Shown: piece by piece, positions 27,558 through 37,269 of the stretch
How the letters are laid out: every line of letters begins with the position of its first letter
Numbering within the stretch: position 1 is the stretch's first letter
Assembly: GCA_040752415.1 (NCBI GenBank)
Contig: JBFMGU010000030.1
Location: 1-56,822 of the forward strand
Source: Myxococcota bacterium
Lineage (GTDB): Bacteria > Myxococcota > JACRCW01
Length of the DNA: 56,822 nucleotides
Direction: 5' to 3'
The notes under the pieces: generated by a model
Told to the model about the DNA's origin: nothing
What the model saw: the letters and a program-made list of their open reading frames with translations, nothing else
The model's database searches: none
Program-made: the position numbers and the translations under genes

Positions 27558-28388
27558 TCAGACCGGGAGGGCGAGCCAGCCCGCGATGGCGACGGAAATC
27601 ACCACCACGGACACCGTTGCCACCAGGGTGACGACACTGGCGGCGCCGAGCAGGAACGGCGGACCGAAGAGAAAGGCGTTGTGGCCCGGTTGGGTGCGCG
27701 GCGCCAGCGGGGCCAGGGCATGCACGAACGCGGGCGACGTGAACAGCGCAGCGCTCCACGCCCCCGCCAGCGACGACAACACCACGGCCACCGCCACGCC
27801 CACTGCTGCACCACCCGCCCCCGCGGCGATGGGCATGATGGGAGAGGGACGACGCGACGGTTCCTCCAACGGAGCCGAGGGAGTGAGCCCGGCGTCGACG
27901 GCGAGCTCACGCGCCACCGCGGGAATGGCGTCGAGCATGGCGTCCTCCTTCCCGGCGGTCATGCGCTTGAGCACGCCTGCGGTGGCCATGCCGGTGCGCA
28001 GCTCCAGGAGCTTCACCACCACGATGTAGGACGCGCCCACGACGGAGAGGGACCCGGCGAGCACGTGGGACACGCCCAGGCCACCCGCGATGTCCGCGTC
28101 GAACAGCGCGCATTCATCCAGGGCACAGTTGCGGAGTGCGTCGCGCTCACCAGGGGAGATGAGGGGGCTCAGCTCCCGCGGGCTGACGACGTGGGAGAAG
28201 ACCTTGAGCCGCCGCAGCTCGACCACGATGCCTTCCGAGAACGCCTCCGCGGCAGCCTCCGAGACGCCGTTGCGGGCCTGCAGCGTGAACACCGCCACTG
28301 AAGGCGCCTCGGTGGCCGTGGTGAGCGCAAGAAGCAGGGAAGCCAGCAACACGGTGATCCCCGGGGTGACGAGCACCACCCTTGCCAC
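27558..28388 (-). CDS. Exported/membrane protein with TolB-N/CsgG-like domain
   Basis: Signal-like N-terminus; VAVFTL, C...EC...IAGGLGV..VLAGSL..VG..Y.V.VKL pattern; two C-terminal hydrophobic segments. Confidence 0.6.
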   Translation of the reverse strand: MARVVLVTPGITVLLASLLLALTTATEAPSVAVFTLQARNGVSEAAAEAFSEGIVVELRRLKVFSHVVSPRELSPLISPGERDALRNCALDECALFDADIAGGLGVSHVLAGSLSVVGASYIVVVKLLELRTGMATAGVLKRMTAGKEDAMLDAIPAVARELAVDAGLTPSAPLEEPSRRPSPIMPIAAGAGGAAVGVAVAVVLSSLAGAWSAALFTSPAFVHALAPLAPRTQPGHNAFLFGPPFLLGAASVVTLVATVSVVVISVAIAGWLALPV

Positions 28389-28458
28389 GGGCCATCGCCG
28401 GCATCAATGCGTGCCCATGTTGGCGACCAGGATGTGCGTCGCAGGGACGAAGAACCGC

Positions 28459-28644
28459 CTACTGCTCAATGCGCTCCGCCACCATCATCCCCACAAGCAT
28501 CCCCGCGCCCAACCCCACCAGCACCGCCAGCGCGCGCATCCAGTCCTGCTCCGTCAGCGCCGCGCCCCGCTCCAGGAGCACCGCCGTGATGAGTCCCAAT
28601 CCGGCCAAGACCGGCTCACTGCTCAGCTTCATGCTGCGCTTCAT
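28459..28644 (-). CDS. Small two-helix membrane protein
   Basis: Two hydrophobic segments; start may be 28632. Confidence 0.4.
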   Translation of the reverse strand: MKRSMKLSSEPVLAGLGLITAVLLERGAALTEQDWMRALAVLVGLGAGMLVGMMVAERIEQ

Positions 28645-28820
28645 GCTGCGCCTCGAACAAGGGCGCGCCCAGGGCGGACGCGGCGCGCAGGCTAAGGGCA
28701 GCACGGCGGCCTCGCGAGAAAATCATCGCTCCTGGCTACGCTGGCGTGTCGTCGTCGACCTGGGCCGAGCCGTGAGCATCAACGGACCATCAGCGCCCGG
28801 CTGGCCGCGCCGGCACCCGC

Positions 28821-30890
28821 CTACCAGCCGCGCACCGGCTCCTTCATGGCGTTCACGGCGTGGGAAGGCCGGCGCCCACCGCGCCTTCCGTGACGACGTC
28901 CTTCCCCCTGCATGGACACGCGCACCGGCTCATGGCCCGGCTGCACGCGCCACATCCCCGGCGAGGCGGCGACCGCGGACAACGCGTCGGCGAGCGCACG
29001 GTAGTCACCGCGGGACACCTTGCGCCGCTGGTTCACGAGCTCATCCCAGATGGCACCCTCGTTCTCCGCGGAGATGCGTGCCACCTCGGCCACGTCGAAG
29101 CGCGCGCGCACGGTCTGCGGACGCGCGCCGGGAATGGCGCGACGCACGTCGGAGAAGCGGCGGAAGCAGTCCACGCCGAAGTGCGCGTAGTAGAGCAGCG
29201 TGTGCGCCGTGGAGAGCGCGCCCGCCCACGGGTAGTGCTCCAGCCACCAGCGACGGGACAGGTTCCCCAGCGCCTCGTCGACCTTCTCGCGCTCGTCGTC
29301 GTTCTTGGGGTCCTTCGTCTCGCGGTAGAAGAGCCCCAGGCCCAGCTCATCACCGGCCACCCGCCACGTCTCCGCAATGCCGAACTCCGACGGAGACTGG
29401 GCCACCAGCGAGCCCTTGGTGAGGTCGAACTCCCCGCAGATGAACAGCGAGATGTTCTCGGTGAGCCCGTCGACGAAGCGCACGGTGGCCATGGCCTCGC
29501 GGTAGCTCTCGGTGGGGAAGTCGGTGAAGCACATGGCCTCCACGCCGATGCCCGCGTGCGAGAGGTTCTGGATGGCCGTCTTCACCGCGTCGACGGGGAC
29601 CCCCTTGTCGATGAGGTCCAGCACGCGCGGGCTGGCGCTCTCCACGCCCACCGCCATGGACAACGCGCCGCCGCGCCTCAGCTCGTCGCACAGCTCGGGC
29701 TTGAGGGAGCGTTCCGGGCGCATGTCGGTGGCCCAGCGGAACGGCGTGCCTTCCGCCGTGAGCGCGCGCGCCACCTTCAGCACCGTCTTGGGGTTGACCG
29801 CGTCCTGCGAGAAGTAGAACACGCGGACACCATGTCGCGCGTGCAGCTCACGCAGGTGCTCCATGACGACGTCGACGGGCCGCTCGCGGTAGCGCGCCGT
29901 TCCCACCTCGGCCAGGCCGTAGTGACAGAAGGTGCACTTCCCCCAGTAGCAGCCGCGTGTGGGGTCATACGGGAGCACCAGCTCCGGCGTGAAGTAGCGG
30001 TCAAGCGGGAGGCCCTCGTAGTCGGGCGCGGGCAGCTCGGAGAGGTCCTCGGTCTGCTCGCCGCGGATGAGGGAGGCGGGCCTCTCGCCGCGCTCCAACG
30101 TGCGCACCAGCTCCAGCAGCGCGCGCTCGCCCTCGTAAGTGACCACGGTGTCGAACGGCCCGCGCGCGCGCTCCAGGCGTTCTCCGTCGAGACCCTGGAA
30201 CAGCTGCGTCAACGCGGGGCCGCCGACGACGAGATGCACGCCCGGCACCATCTTCCGGAGGATGTGCGCCAGCGCGTACGCGGGTTGCACCTGGCCGGGG
30301 AACGCCACGCTGATGCCCACACACAGCGGCGCCGCCGCGCGCACGCGCTCGACGAGCGGACCGGCGAAATACCCGTAGAACGGGTTGCGCTCCTCCCGCG
30401 CGTCCGCCTCCACCTCCTCGGCGTTGAGCAGCGAGAAGGGCGTCTTGTAACCGGTGAAGGTCAGGCTCAAGGGCGCGTACGCCGCGCTCACCACGCGCAG
30501 GGCCGCATCCACCGTCGCCACCGCGCCGGCGTACGTGGGTGGGTCGTAGAAACGCTCGCCGCTGCGGTCCCGGATGACCTGCACCGCGTCGTCAATGGCG
30601 GCGGGAACCGTGCGCGCTTCCGCCCGCGCCGACCAGAGTGCGCTGTACAGGAGCTGCTCGGTGTGACGGAGCGTGGGCTTGCGCTCCAGCCGCTCCAGTC
30701 GCGACTCGACGCGTGCCGCCAAGGTCTCCATGCGCTCCCGACGCAGCAGCCAGTCGAACGCTTCCACGTTGGCGTCGATGGGAACGACGTCGACACCGTG
30801 CGTGCGCAGGTATCCCGCCAGGGTGGGCACCGAGAGGTAGGGTGCCGTCGGGTCGCAGGCCGGCGGGTAGATGAGCACGGTCTTGGGCAT
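28821..30890 (-). CDS. B12-binding-domain radical SAM enzyme
   Basis: PYLSVPTLAGYL, GISV, VVGGP, YEGE; RGCYWGKCTFC (CxxxCxxC); GVESAS.RVL; FPTE. Confidence 0.9.
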   Translation of the reverse strand: MPKTVLIYPPACDPTAPYLSVPTLAGYLRTHGVDVVPIDANVEAFDWLLRRERMETLAARVESRLERLERKPTLRHTEQLLYSALWSARAEARTVPAAIDDAVQVIRDRSGERFYDPPTYAGAVATVDAALRVVSAAYAPLSLTFTGYKTPFSLLNAEEVEADAREERNPFYGYFAGPLVERVRAAAPLCVGISVAFPGQVQPAYALAHILRKMVPGVHLVVGGPALTQLFQGLDGERLERARGPFDTVVTYEGERALLELVRTLERGERPASLIRGEQTEDLSELPAPDYEGLPLDRYFTPELVLPYDPTRGCYWGKCTFCHYGLAEVGTARYRERPVDVVMEHLRELHARHGVRVFYFSQDAVNPKTVLKVARALTAEGTPFRWATDMRPERSLKPELCDELRRGGALSMAVGVESASPRVLDLIDKGVPVDAVKTAIQNLSHAGIGVEAMCFTDFPTESYREAMATVRFVDGLTENISLFICGEFDLTKGSLVAQSPSEFGIAETWRVAGDELGLGLFYRETKDPKNDDEREKVDEALGNLSRRWWLEHYPWAGALSTAHTLLYYAHFGVDCFRRFSDVRRAIPGARPQTVRARFDVAEVARISAENEGAIWDELVNQRRKVSRGDYRALADALSAVAASPGMWRVQPGHEPVRVSMQGEGRRHGRRGGRRPSHAVNAMKEPVRGW

Positions 30891-30978
30891 GACGCGGGAG
30901 ATAGTGCCGCCCACCTGACGTCGCAAGCAGCCCGCACCCACGTGACGCCACCGACGGAATCCGACATCATGGAAACCC

Positions 30979-32016
30979 ATGCGTCACTTCCGCCTCCTGC
31001 TCCTCTGTGCGGCCACCGCGGGCTGCGCATCCACCGCGCGCGCACCCGCCCCCTCGCCGGCGTCCCTGCAACTCCCCGCGCGGTGGCAGAGCCCGCTCGA
31101 CGTGACGCATCCGCTGGTGGGTCGCATCTGGGATCCCGCGATGCAGGCGTGGCGCACCGGCGACGAGGTCCTGGCGCGCCTGCTCGCCGCCGACGTGGTG
31201 CTGCTGGGCGAGACGCACGACAACCCCGACCACCACCTGCTGCAGGCCGCGGTGCTCGACGCGCTGGTGCGCTCGGGCCGTTCTCCGTCGGTGGCGTGGG
31301 AGATGATGGACGTGGACCAGCAGGCGACGCTCGACGGCTATCTGCGTGGCAGCAACGTCACCACCGACGGCGTGGGGCACGTGGTGCAATGGGAGGAGCG
31401 CGGTTGGCCGGAGTGGGACATGTACGCGCCCATTGCCCGCGTGGCGCTCACCGCGAAGCTCTCCCTCCTTGCCGCCAACCTTCCGCTGGCGCGGGTGCGT
31501 GCGCTCATCCGCCAGGGACCGGGCGCGTTGTCGTCGACGGAACGGGCCGCGTTGCACCTGGACACACCGTTTCCTCCCGAGTTGCAGGCGGCGGTGGAAG
31601 AGGAGATGTCGCTCTCACATTGCGGTCACCTCCCGACGGAGATGCTGCCCGCCATGGCCTTGGCGCAGCGCGCGCGTGACGCGCAGATGGCGCAGGTGAT
31701 CCGTAACGCAAAGCCGCCGGTGGTGCTCATCAGCGGCGCCGGCCACGCGCGCACCGACCGCGGCGTTCCCTTCCACCTGCGGGCGCAATCTCCGTCGCTG
31801 CGCGTGGTGAGCGTGGCGTTCCAGGAGGTGGCCCCCGAGGCGCAGGAGCCCACGGGCTACCGGGAGCTGTACGGCGCGGACGTGATTCCGTTTGACCTGG
31901 TCTGGTTCACCCCGCGCCTCCCCGAGGAGGACGCCTGCGCGCGCATCCCGCATCCTGCGCCCAAGCCCAAGCCGCCCACGCTGCGCACCGCGCCGCCGGT
32001 GACGGTGGACATCTGA
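30979..32016 (+). CDS. ChaN-family (haem uptake, Tiki-like) lipoprotein
   Basis: Lipobox TAGC; VLLGETHDNPDHH, WEM, SHCG, QRARDAQMA, GAGH. Confidence 0.88.
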   Translation: MRHFRLLLLCAATAGCASTARAPAPSPASLQLPARWQSPLDVTHPLVGRIWDPAMQAWRTGDEVLARLLAADVVLLGETHDNPDHHLLQAAVLDALVRSGRSPSVAWEMMDVDQQATLDGYLRGSNVTTDGVGHVVQWEERGWPEWDMYAPIARVALTAKLSLLAANLPLARVRALIRQGPGALSSTERAALHLDTPFPPELQAAVEEEMSLSHCGHLPTEMLPAMALAQRARDAQMAQVIRNAKPPVVLISGAGHARTDRGVPFHLRAQSPSLRVVSVAFQEVAPEAQEPTGYRELYGADVIPFDLVWFTPRLPEEDACARIPHPAPKPKPPTLRTAPPVTVDI

Positions 32017-32039
32017 AGGTCCGTCGGAGAATCCCGGAA

Positions 32040-32180
32040 CCCGTGCCCCTGCCCCTGCCCGTGCCCGTGCCCGGTCTGTAGGACCGCTTAGCGCAGAGGC
32101 TATCTGCGGAAGACCTCGTCACTCCCTGGGCCCTCAAGCCGGGCACGGGCACGGGCACGGGCAGGGGCAGGGGCAGGGGC
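32040..32180. repeat. Dispersed palindromic element with (TGCCCG/TGCCCC)n arms, copy 1
   Basis: Hexamer arms 32040-32074 and 32139-32180; core homologous to 46784-46857 in the opposite orientation. Confidence 0.85.
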
Positions 32181-32243
32181 CAACCGCGGCTGTCCGCCTT
32201 GCTCGCGACCTCGTCGACGATACACCGCGCGAGGAGGCATCCC

Positions 32244-32720
32244 ATGAAAGCGCGTGTGGCTGATTTCCGTCGGGCCTTTGGCTGGGGCGTGATTGCGTCG
32301 CTGGCCATGTCCGTGACGTTGCTGCTGCTGTTCGTCGTGCAGCGCTCTCCCATGACGGAGCCTTTCGGCGTGGCGTTCGTGGACCGCCTGCTGCCGGGGG
32401 CGCAATCCCGCGGCGCGCTCCTGGCCATCTCCTTCCTGGCGCAGCTGCTGGTGGGTGGGCTGGCGGCGGGACTGGTGGCACTCACCCGTCGAGGATTGAC
32501 CATGTGGCGTTCCTTCCTGCTGGCCGGCGTGATGTGGCTGGTGCAGGTGTTCGTGCTCATGCCCTGGGCGGGCTGGGGCGTGCTGGCCACCAACGTGGAC
32601 ACGCGCATCCCGGTGGCCACGGTGTGCCTGTTTGCCGTGTACGGGAGCATCCTGGCCTACCTGGTGGAACAGGAGTGGACCTGGCGACCGCTGAGCGCGT
32701 TGCGCTTCCGCGGCTACTGA
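32244..32720 (+). CDS. Four-TM membrane protein
   Basis: GAGGAGG RBS; four hydrophobic helices. Confidence 0.7.
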   Translation: MKARVADFRRAFGWGVIASLAMSVTLLLLFVVQRSPMTEPFGVAFVDRLLPGAQSRGALLAISFLAQLLVGGLAAGLVALTRRGLTMWRSFLLAGVMWLVQVFVLMPWAGWGVLATNVDTRIPVATVCLFAVYGSILAYLVEQEWTWRPLSALRFRGY

Positions 32721-32811
32721 CGCCTGCCTGGCCCCGGCACCTTCCATAAACCTCCTGGAGACGCCGTGCAGCGCGCCTCTTCCGTCGTGGAAGCGGGCTC
32801 GGGAGGACACC

Positions 32812-33243
32812 ATGAAGTGCCGGGATGTGATGAAGACGAACGTGGCGGTCTGCCATGAGGATGAACCCGTGACCGAGGTCTGCGCGCGCATGCGGGACCT
32901 CAACCTCGGGTTCATCCCCGTGTGCGACGACGCCGGTCATCCCATTGGAACCATCACGGACCGCGACGTGGCCGTGCGCGTGGTCGCGGAAGGGAGGAAT
33001 CCCCAGGACGTGCGGGCCCGCGAGATCATGACCACCCCGGTGATCACCTGTCGCCCCGACGATGACCTGCTGGTGGCCGAGGAGCTCATGGGCCAGCACA
33101 AGAAGTCCCGCATGTTGTGCACCAACCCGGACGGCGTGGTGCAAGGCGTCATCAGCCTTTCCGACGTGGCCGGCGTGGAGCGGGGACCCCGCGCCAGCAC
33201 CGTGCTGCGCTCCGTGTCCCAGCGCGAAGCACATCTCCACTGA
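32812..33243 (+). CDS. CBS-domain pair protein
   Basis: DVM, IPVCD, GTITDRDV, REIMT, GVISLSD. Confidence 0.92.
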   Translation: MKCRDVMKTNVAVCHEDEPVTEVCARMRDLNLGFIPVCDDAGHPIGTITDRDVAVRVVAEGRNPQDVRAREIMTTPVITCRPDDDLLVAEELMGQHKKSRMLCTNPDGVVQGVISLSDVAGVERGPRASTVLRSVSQREAHLH

Positions 33244-33258
33244 CGGGTCCGCAGCTCC

Positions 33259-34191
33259 TCACGCCGCGGGCGCTCGCGCCGCCTGGCGCACCAGGTCTGG
33301 CTCCACGAAGATCCACTTGGCCTGGGGACAGCGCTCGCGCAGCTTCTTCTCGAAGTCATTGATCGCCGTGCAGATGGAGTCGCGCTCCATCCCGGGGACC
33401 ACGCTCACCTTGATGGCCACCAGCACCTCCCCGGGGCCCTGCTGCACGGTGATGACGTTGAGCACCGCGTCGAATCCGTCGGTGCCCTTGGCCGCCTCGC
33501 GCGCTGCGTGCTCGATGTCCGGGTCCGCGCTCTCGCCCACGAGCAGCGACTTCACCTCCACCGCCAGGAACACCGCCACCAACACCAGCACGATGCCAAT
33601 GAGGAGGCTGCCCACGCCGTCAAACCGGCCATCCCCCGTGGCGCTGGCCGCCCCCAGCGCGCCAATGGCGAACACCAGGCCAAACACCGCCGCGGAGTTC
33701 TCGCCAAAGATCACCACCAGGTCCGAGTCCTTGGTGTCGCGGAGGTACTGCAGGAATCCCTTGCTGCCCCGACGACGATTGATCTCCTTGATGTTGGACA
33801 GCGTGGCCCCGCCTTCCATGAGCAGGGAGAAGATGAGGATGCCCAGGCCCACCCAGACATTCTCGACGGGCTCCGGCTCATGGATCTTGTGGATGCCCTC
33901 ATAGATGGAGAACACGCCGCCACCCGCGAACAACATCAGCGCCACGATGAAGGACCAGAAGTAGACCTCGCGGCCGTAGCCCAGCGGGTGGGTCTTGTCG
34001 GGAGCCTTCCTCGAACGCTTCACCCCGACGAGGAGCAGCCCCTGGTTCCCACAGTCCGCAAAGCTGTGCAGCGTCTCGGCCAGCATGGCGCCGGAGCCGG
34101 TGAACACCGCGGCCACGCCCTTGGAGGCGGCAATGGCCAGGTTCACCAGCAGCGACTGGATGATGTGCTTGGTGGAGTCTTCCGCGGACAT
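33259..34191 (-). CDS. Cation diffusion facilitator transporter
   Basis: SGAMLAETLHSFADCGNQ, HPLGYGRE.YFW, FDG.GS, IFVEPD. Confidence 0.92.
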   Translation of the reverse strand: MSAEDSTKHIIQSLLVNLAIAASKGVAAVFTGSGAMLAETLHSFADCGNQGLLLVGVKRSRKAPDKTHPLGYGREVYFWSFIVALMLFAGGGVFSIYEGIHKIHEPEPVENVWVGLGILIFSLLMEGGATLSNIKEINRRRGSKGFLQYLRDTKDSDLVVIFGENSAAVFGLVFAIGALGAASATGDGRFDGVGSLLIGIVLVLVAVFLAVEVKSLLVGESADPDIEHAAREAAKGTDGFDAVLNVITVQQGPGEVLVAIKVSVVPGMERDSICTAINDFEKKLRERCPQAKWIFVEPDLVRQAARAPAA

Positions 34192-34286
34192 GGGCCCTCC
34201 GGCAGGTCGGCGTCGCAGCTATAGCACGCACCACCCCCTCGTCGCGGAAGGCCTGCTACAACCCACGCCCAACCTCATGATGGAGC

Positions 34287-35165
34287 ATGACGATGTCGCA
34301 CGTGGCATTCCTGGGGACCGGCCTGATGGGCAGTGCGTTCGTGGAGGCGCTGCGAGGGCGCGGTGTGGACGTGGTGGCCTGGAACCGGACGGCCTCCCGC
34401 GCCCAGCCGCTGCTGGCGCACGGTGCCCGCGTGGCGTCGACGGCGGCGGAGGCGGTGCGCGGCGCGGTGCGGGTGCATCTCTCCCTCTCCGACGACGTTG
34501 CCGTGGACGCCACGCTGGATGAGATCATTCCGGCCCTGGGCCCGGGTGTCCTCGTCGTGGATCACACCACGGTGTCTCCCTCGGGTACCGCGGCGCGCGC
34601 CGCGCGCATGGTGGCGGCGGGAGCGGCGTTCCTGCACGCGCCGGTGTTCATGGCTCCCGCCAACGCACGCGCGCGCACCGGGCTCATGCTGTGCAGCGGG
34701 CCGCGGGCGCACTTTTCCGTCGTGGAGGCGGAGCTCAAGGCCATGACCGGGGAGCTCTGGTACCTGGGCGAGCGCCCCGACCAGGCGGCGGCGTTCAAGC
34801 TGTTTGGCAACGCGATGATTGCCACCATCTCGGCGGGGCTGGCGGACGTGTTCACGCTGGCGCGAGCCGCGGGGATTGGCGCGGAGGACGCGCACACGTT
34901 GTGGTCGCATTTCAATCCCATGTCGCAGTTCACCGGTCGCGGCGTGCGCATGGCGCAGGGGGATTTCCGTCCCAGCTTCGAGCTGTTGATGGCGCGCAAG
35001 GACGTGCGGCTGATGTTGGAGACGGCGTCGGGCGGGAGCGCGCCGCTGAGCGTGTTGCCGGCGGTGGCGCGACGCATGGATGAGCTGATTGCGCGCGGCT
35101 TCGGCCACGACGACCTCGCGGTGCTCGCCGTGGACGCGGTCCCGCGTCGCGACGGCAAGGCCTGA
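34287..35165 (+). CDS. NAD(P)-dependent beta-hydroxyacid dehydrogenase family
   Basis: FLGTGLMG, WNRT, DHTTV, APV, FKL.GN, KDVRL. Confidence 0.9.
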   Translation: MTMSHVAFLGTGLMGSAFVEALRGRGVDVVAWNRTASRAQPLLAHGARVASTAAEAVRGAVRVHLSLSDDVAVDATLDEIIPALGPGVLVVDHTTVSPSGTAARAARMVAAGAAFLHAPVFMAPANARARTGLMLCSGPRAHFSVVEAELKAMTGELWYLGERPDQAAAFKLFGNAMIATISAGLADVFTLARAAGIGAEDAHTLWSHFNPMSQFTGRGVRMAQGDFRPSFELLMARKDVRLMLETASGGSAPLSVLPAVARRMDELIARGFGHDDLAVLAVDAVPRRDGKA

Positions 35166-35169
35166 GGGG

Positions 35170-35395
35170 TCACGAAGTGGGAAGAGCGGCGCAGCGGCGC
35201 CCTGGAGTGCGGTGCAACGCCGGTTGAGTGCGCCACGACGTGCAGCACCGCCCTGGATCGGGCGACGCTGTCCGTGGTTGTTCGTTGGCGCAATCGATGA
35301 CCGGGATGACGGATCCAGGGCGGTGCTTTCCCGCTCTCGTCGCCACCACGGGTTCGCACCGAGGGCGCCGGTGTCCCGGCCCCGCCGCTTCGTGA
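35170..35395. repeat. Degenerate REP-like inverted repeat related to 11668-11926
   Basis: CTGGAGTGCGGTG (35202), AGCACCGCCCTGGATC (35244) and its complement GATCCAGGGCGGTGCT (35312); outer TCACGAAG/CTTCGTGA. Confidence 0.75.
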
Positions 35396-37201
35396 TCAGA
35401 GCTGGTCGAAGAAGAACCGGCTGGCCAGGATGCTGAACGCGGTCTTGGGCACCTGGATGTCCGAGGCCTGGTTCACGCGCTGCGCCGCGACAATGTCCTT
35501 CTCGAACGCCGCGCGCATCTCCTTGCCCAGCTTCTCGTCGACGGCGGCCACGCACACCTCACCCTCGTAACGCTCCGAGCGCGGGTGCAGGTTGTAGCTG
35601 CCCACCGAGGTGAACAACCCGTCCACGACGAGGAACTTGCTGTGCAGCGTGTCGCCCTTCTTGAGGTAGACCTCCGCGCCCTTCTCGACGAGCTCCGGCA
35701 GGCTGGCCAGGATGGGCGCGCTGACAATCGGCTCATCCACGCTCTGCGCGCTGTTGGTGAGGATGCGCACGTTGACGCCGCGTTCCAGCGCCTTGAGCAG
35801 CGCGTCGCGGATGGCGGGCGTGGAGATGAAGTACGCGTTCTCGATGTCCACCGACTTCGTGGCGCCTTCAATGGCCTTCAGCGTGGCCAGCAGGATGTTG
35901 GAGTTGCCCTGCGGCCCCGGCACGTCGTCGACAATGGCCGCGCGCACCGAACCCGTTCCCGCCGGCGCGGTCTGCGGCGCTTCCACCTTGGCATGCGCCA
36001 GCCCATGCGCGTCCACCTGCGCGTTCCACAGTGAGGCGAACAGCTTGGCGGATTCCGTGACGCACGGTCCCTGCATGAGCACGTCGGTGTCCCGCCACTT
36101 CTGCCCGTCGGCGGGACCGCGGTGGCTGTACACGTTGCCCACGTTCAGGCCGCCCGCCACCGCCGCCTTCCCGTCGACGATCATCACCTTGCGGTGCTGT
36201 CCGTCGTGCACGCGGTCCGGGTCGTTCCAGCGCACCACCGGGATGCCGGCTTCCTCCATGAGCTTGAGCGCCTTCTCGTGACCGGGCTGGCGCGCCACGT
36301 TGCCGTCCACCATCACCTTCACGTCCACGCCCTGCTTCTTCTTCTCGATGAGCTTGCGGGCCGTCTCCATGCCCGTCTCGTCGTCGTAGAAGGCCCAGGA
36401 GAGCAGGTGGATGCTCCTGGTGGCGCCGTCGATCATGCGGTCGCGCTCCTTGAAGGAGGCCGGGCCGTCAATGAGCGGACGGATGCTGTTCCCCTCGGTG
36501 AGCTTGGCGCCCACCAGCGACTCGAACTCCTTGAGGAACGTGGGATTCGTGAACGCGCTGGGCACACCGGGACCGGCGGGCGGGACCTGCGTGTTGCGCG
36601 CCTGCGCCAGCAGCTTCTGCGAGAGCGCGTTCCAGTCCTCGAACACACGGTCCGGTCGACCGGACACCCCGCGCGCGTCGATCTCCGCCTCGATCATTGC
36701 CGCGAACTGCTGCACCAGCCCCGCCTTCTTCTCCGGCGGGATGTTGCCCGGCAGCGCACCCGCGGCGGCGGCGCGGTCGGCCAGCATGGTCAGCGCGGGG
36801 ACCAGCTGTCCCGCGGCGTGCAGCTTGGCCAGGGATTCGAAGACCTTCTTCTCGTGCTGCGGCGTGATGGCCGCGCCGTTGCTCTGCACCAGCGTGGCGG
36901 AGAGCTTCTCCACGGCGGCCTTCAGCCCCTCCGGCGTGCGCAACGCGGCGAGCAGCGCGGGATCCATTGCTCCCGCCGTCATGGCCAGCCGCGTGGCCAG
37001 CATGGCCGTGCCCGCGCCCCCCAACGCGCCCGAGGGTCGCCCGGTGGGCTGTCCGCCCGTGCCGGTGTACGCGGCCTCCGGTGTCTCCGCGGGCGTGCCC
37101 GGGGTGGTGGCCGGCGTCGTCGTCGACGGAGCGGCGGGAGTGGTGACGGAAGGAGTGACGGCGGGTTGGACGTTGGTGCGTCCGCGAACGGTGGTGGTCA
37201 T
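35396..37201 (-). CDS. Phospholipase D / cardiolipin synthase-like protein with long N-terminal extension
   Basis: Two HKD motifs (HRKVMIVD, HSKFLVVD); GGLNVG, WRDTD, GSYNL; Thr/Pro-rich N-terminus. Confidence 0.9.
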   Translation of the reverse strand: MTTTVRGRTNVQPAVTPSVTTPAAPSTTTPATTPGTPAETPEAAYTGTGGQPTGRPSGALGGAGTAMLATRLAMTAGAMDPALLAALRTPEGLKAAVEKLSATLVQSNGAAITPQHEKKVFESLAKLHAAGQLVPALTMLADRAAAAGALPGNIPPEKKAGLVQQFAAMIEAEIDARGVSGRPDRVFEDWNALSQKLLAQARNTQVPPAGPGVPSAFTNPTFLKEFESLVGAKLTEGNSIRPLIDGPASFKERDRMIDGATRSIHLLSWAFYDDETGMETARKLIEKKKQGVDVKVMVDGNVARQPGHEKALKLMEEAGIPVVRWNDPDRVHDGQHRKVMIVDGKAAVAGGLNVGNVYSHRGPADGQKWRDTDVLMQGPCVTESAKLFASLWNAQVDAHGLAHAKVEAPQTAPAGTGSVRAAIVDDVPGPQGNSNILLATLKAIEGATKSVDIENAYFISTPAIRDALLKALERGVNVRILTNSAQSVDEPIVSAPILASLPELVEKGAEVYLKKGDTLHSKFLVVDGLFTSVGSYNLHPRSERYEGEVCVAAVDEKLGKEMRAAFEKDIVAAQRVNQASDIQVPKTAFSILASRFFFDQL

Positions 37202-37269
37202 CAGGCTACCTGGTTGTTCTCGACGGGGCGCATGCTAGGCGCCGACGGAGATCCAGGCAACGCGACGCC

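Noticed and set aside
26833..28029. Plus-strand ORF with a very acidic D/E tract (a similar one starts at 4794)
   Set aside because: It is the antisense reading of Ser codons (TCC/TCG/AGC) in real minus-strand linker regions
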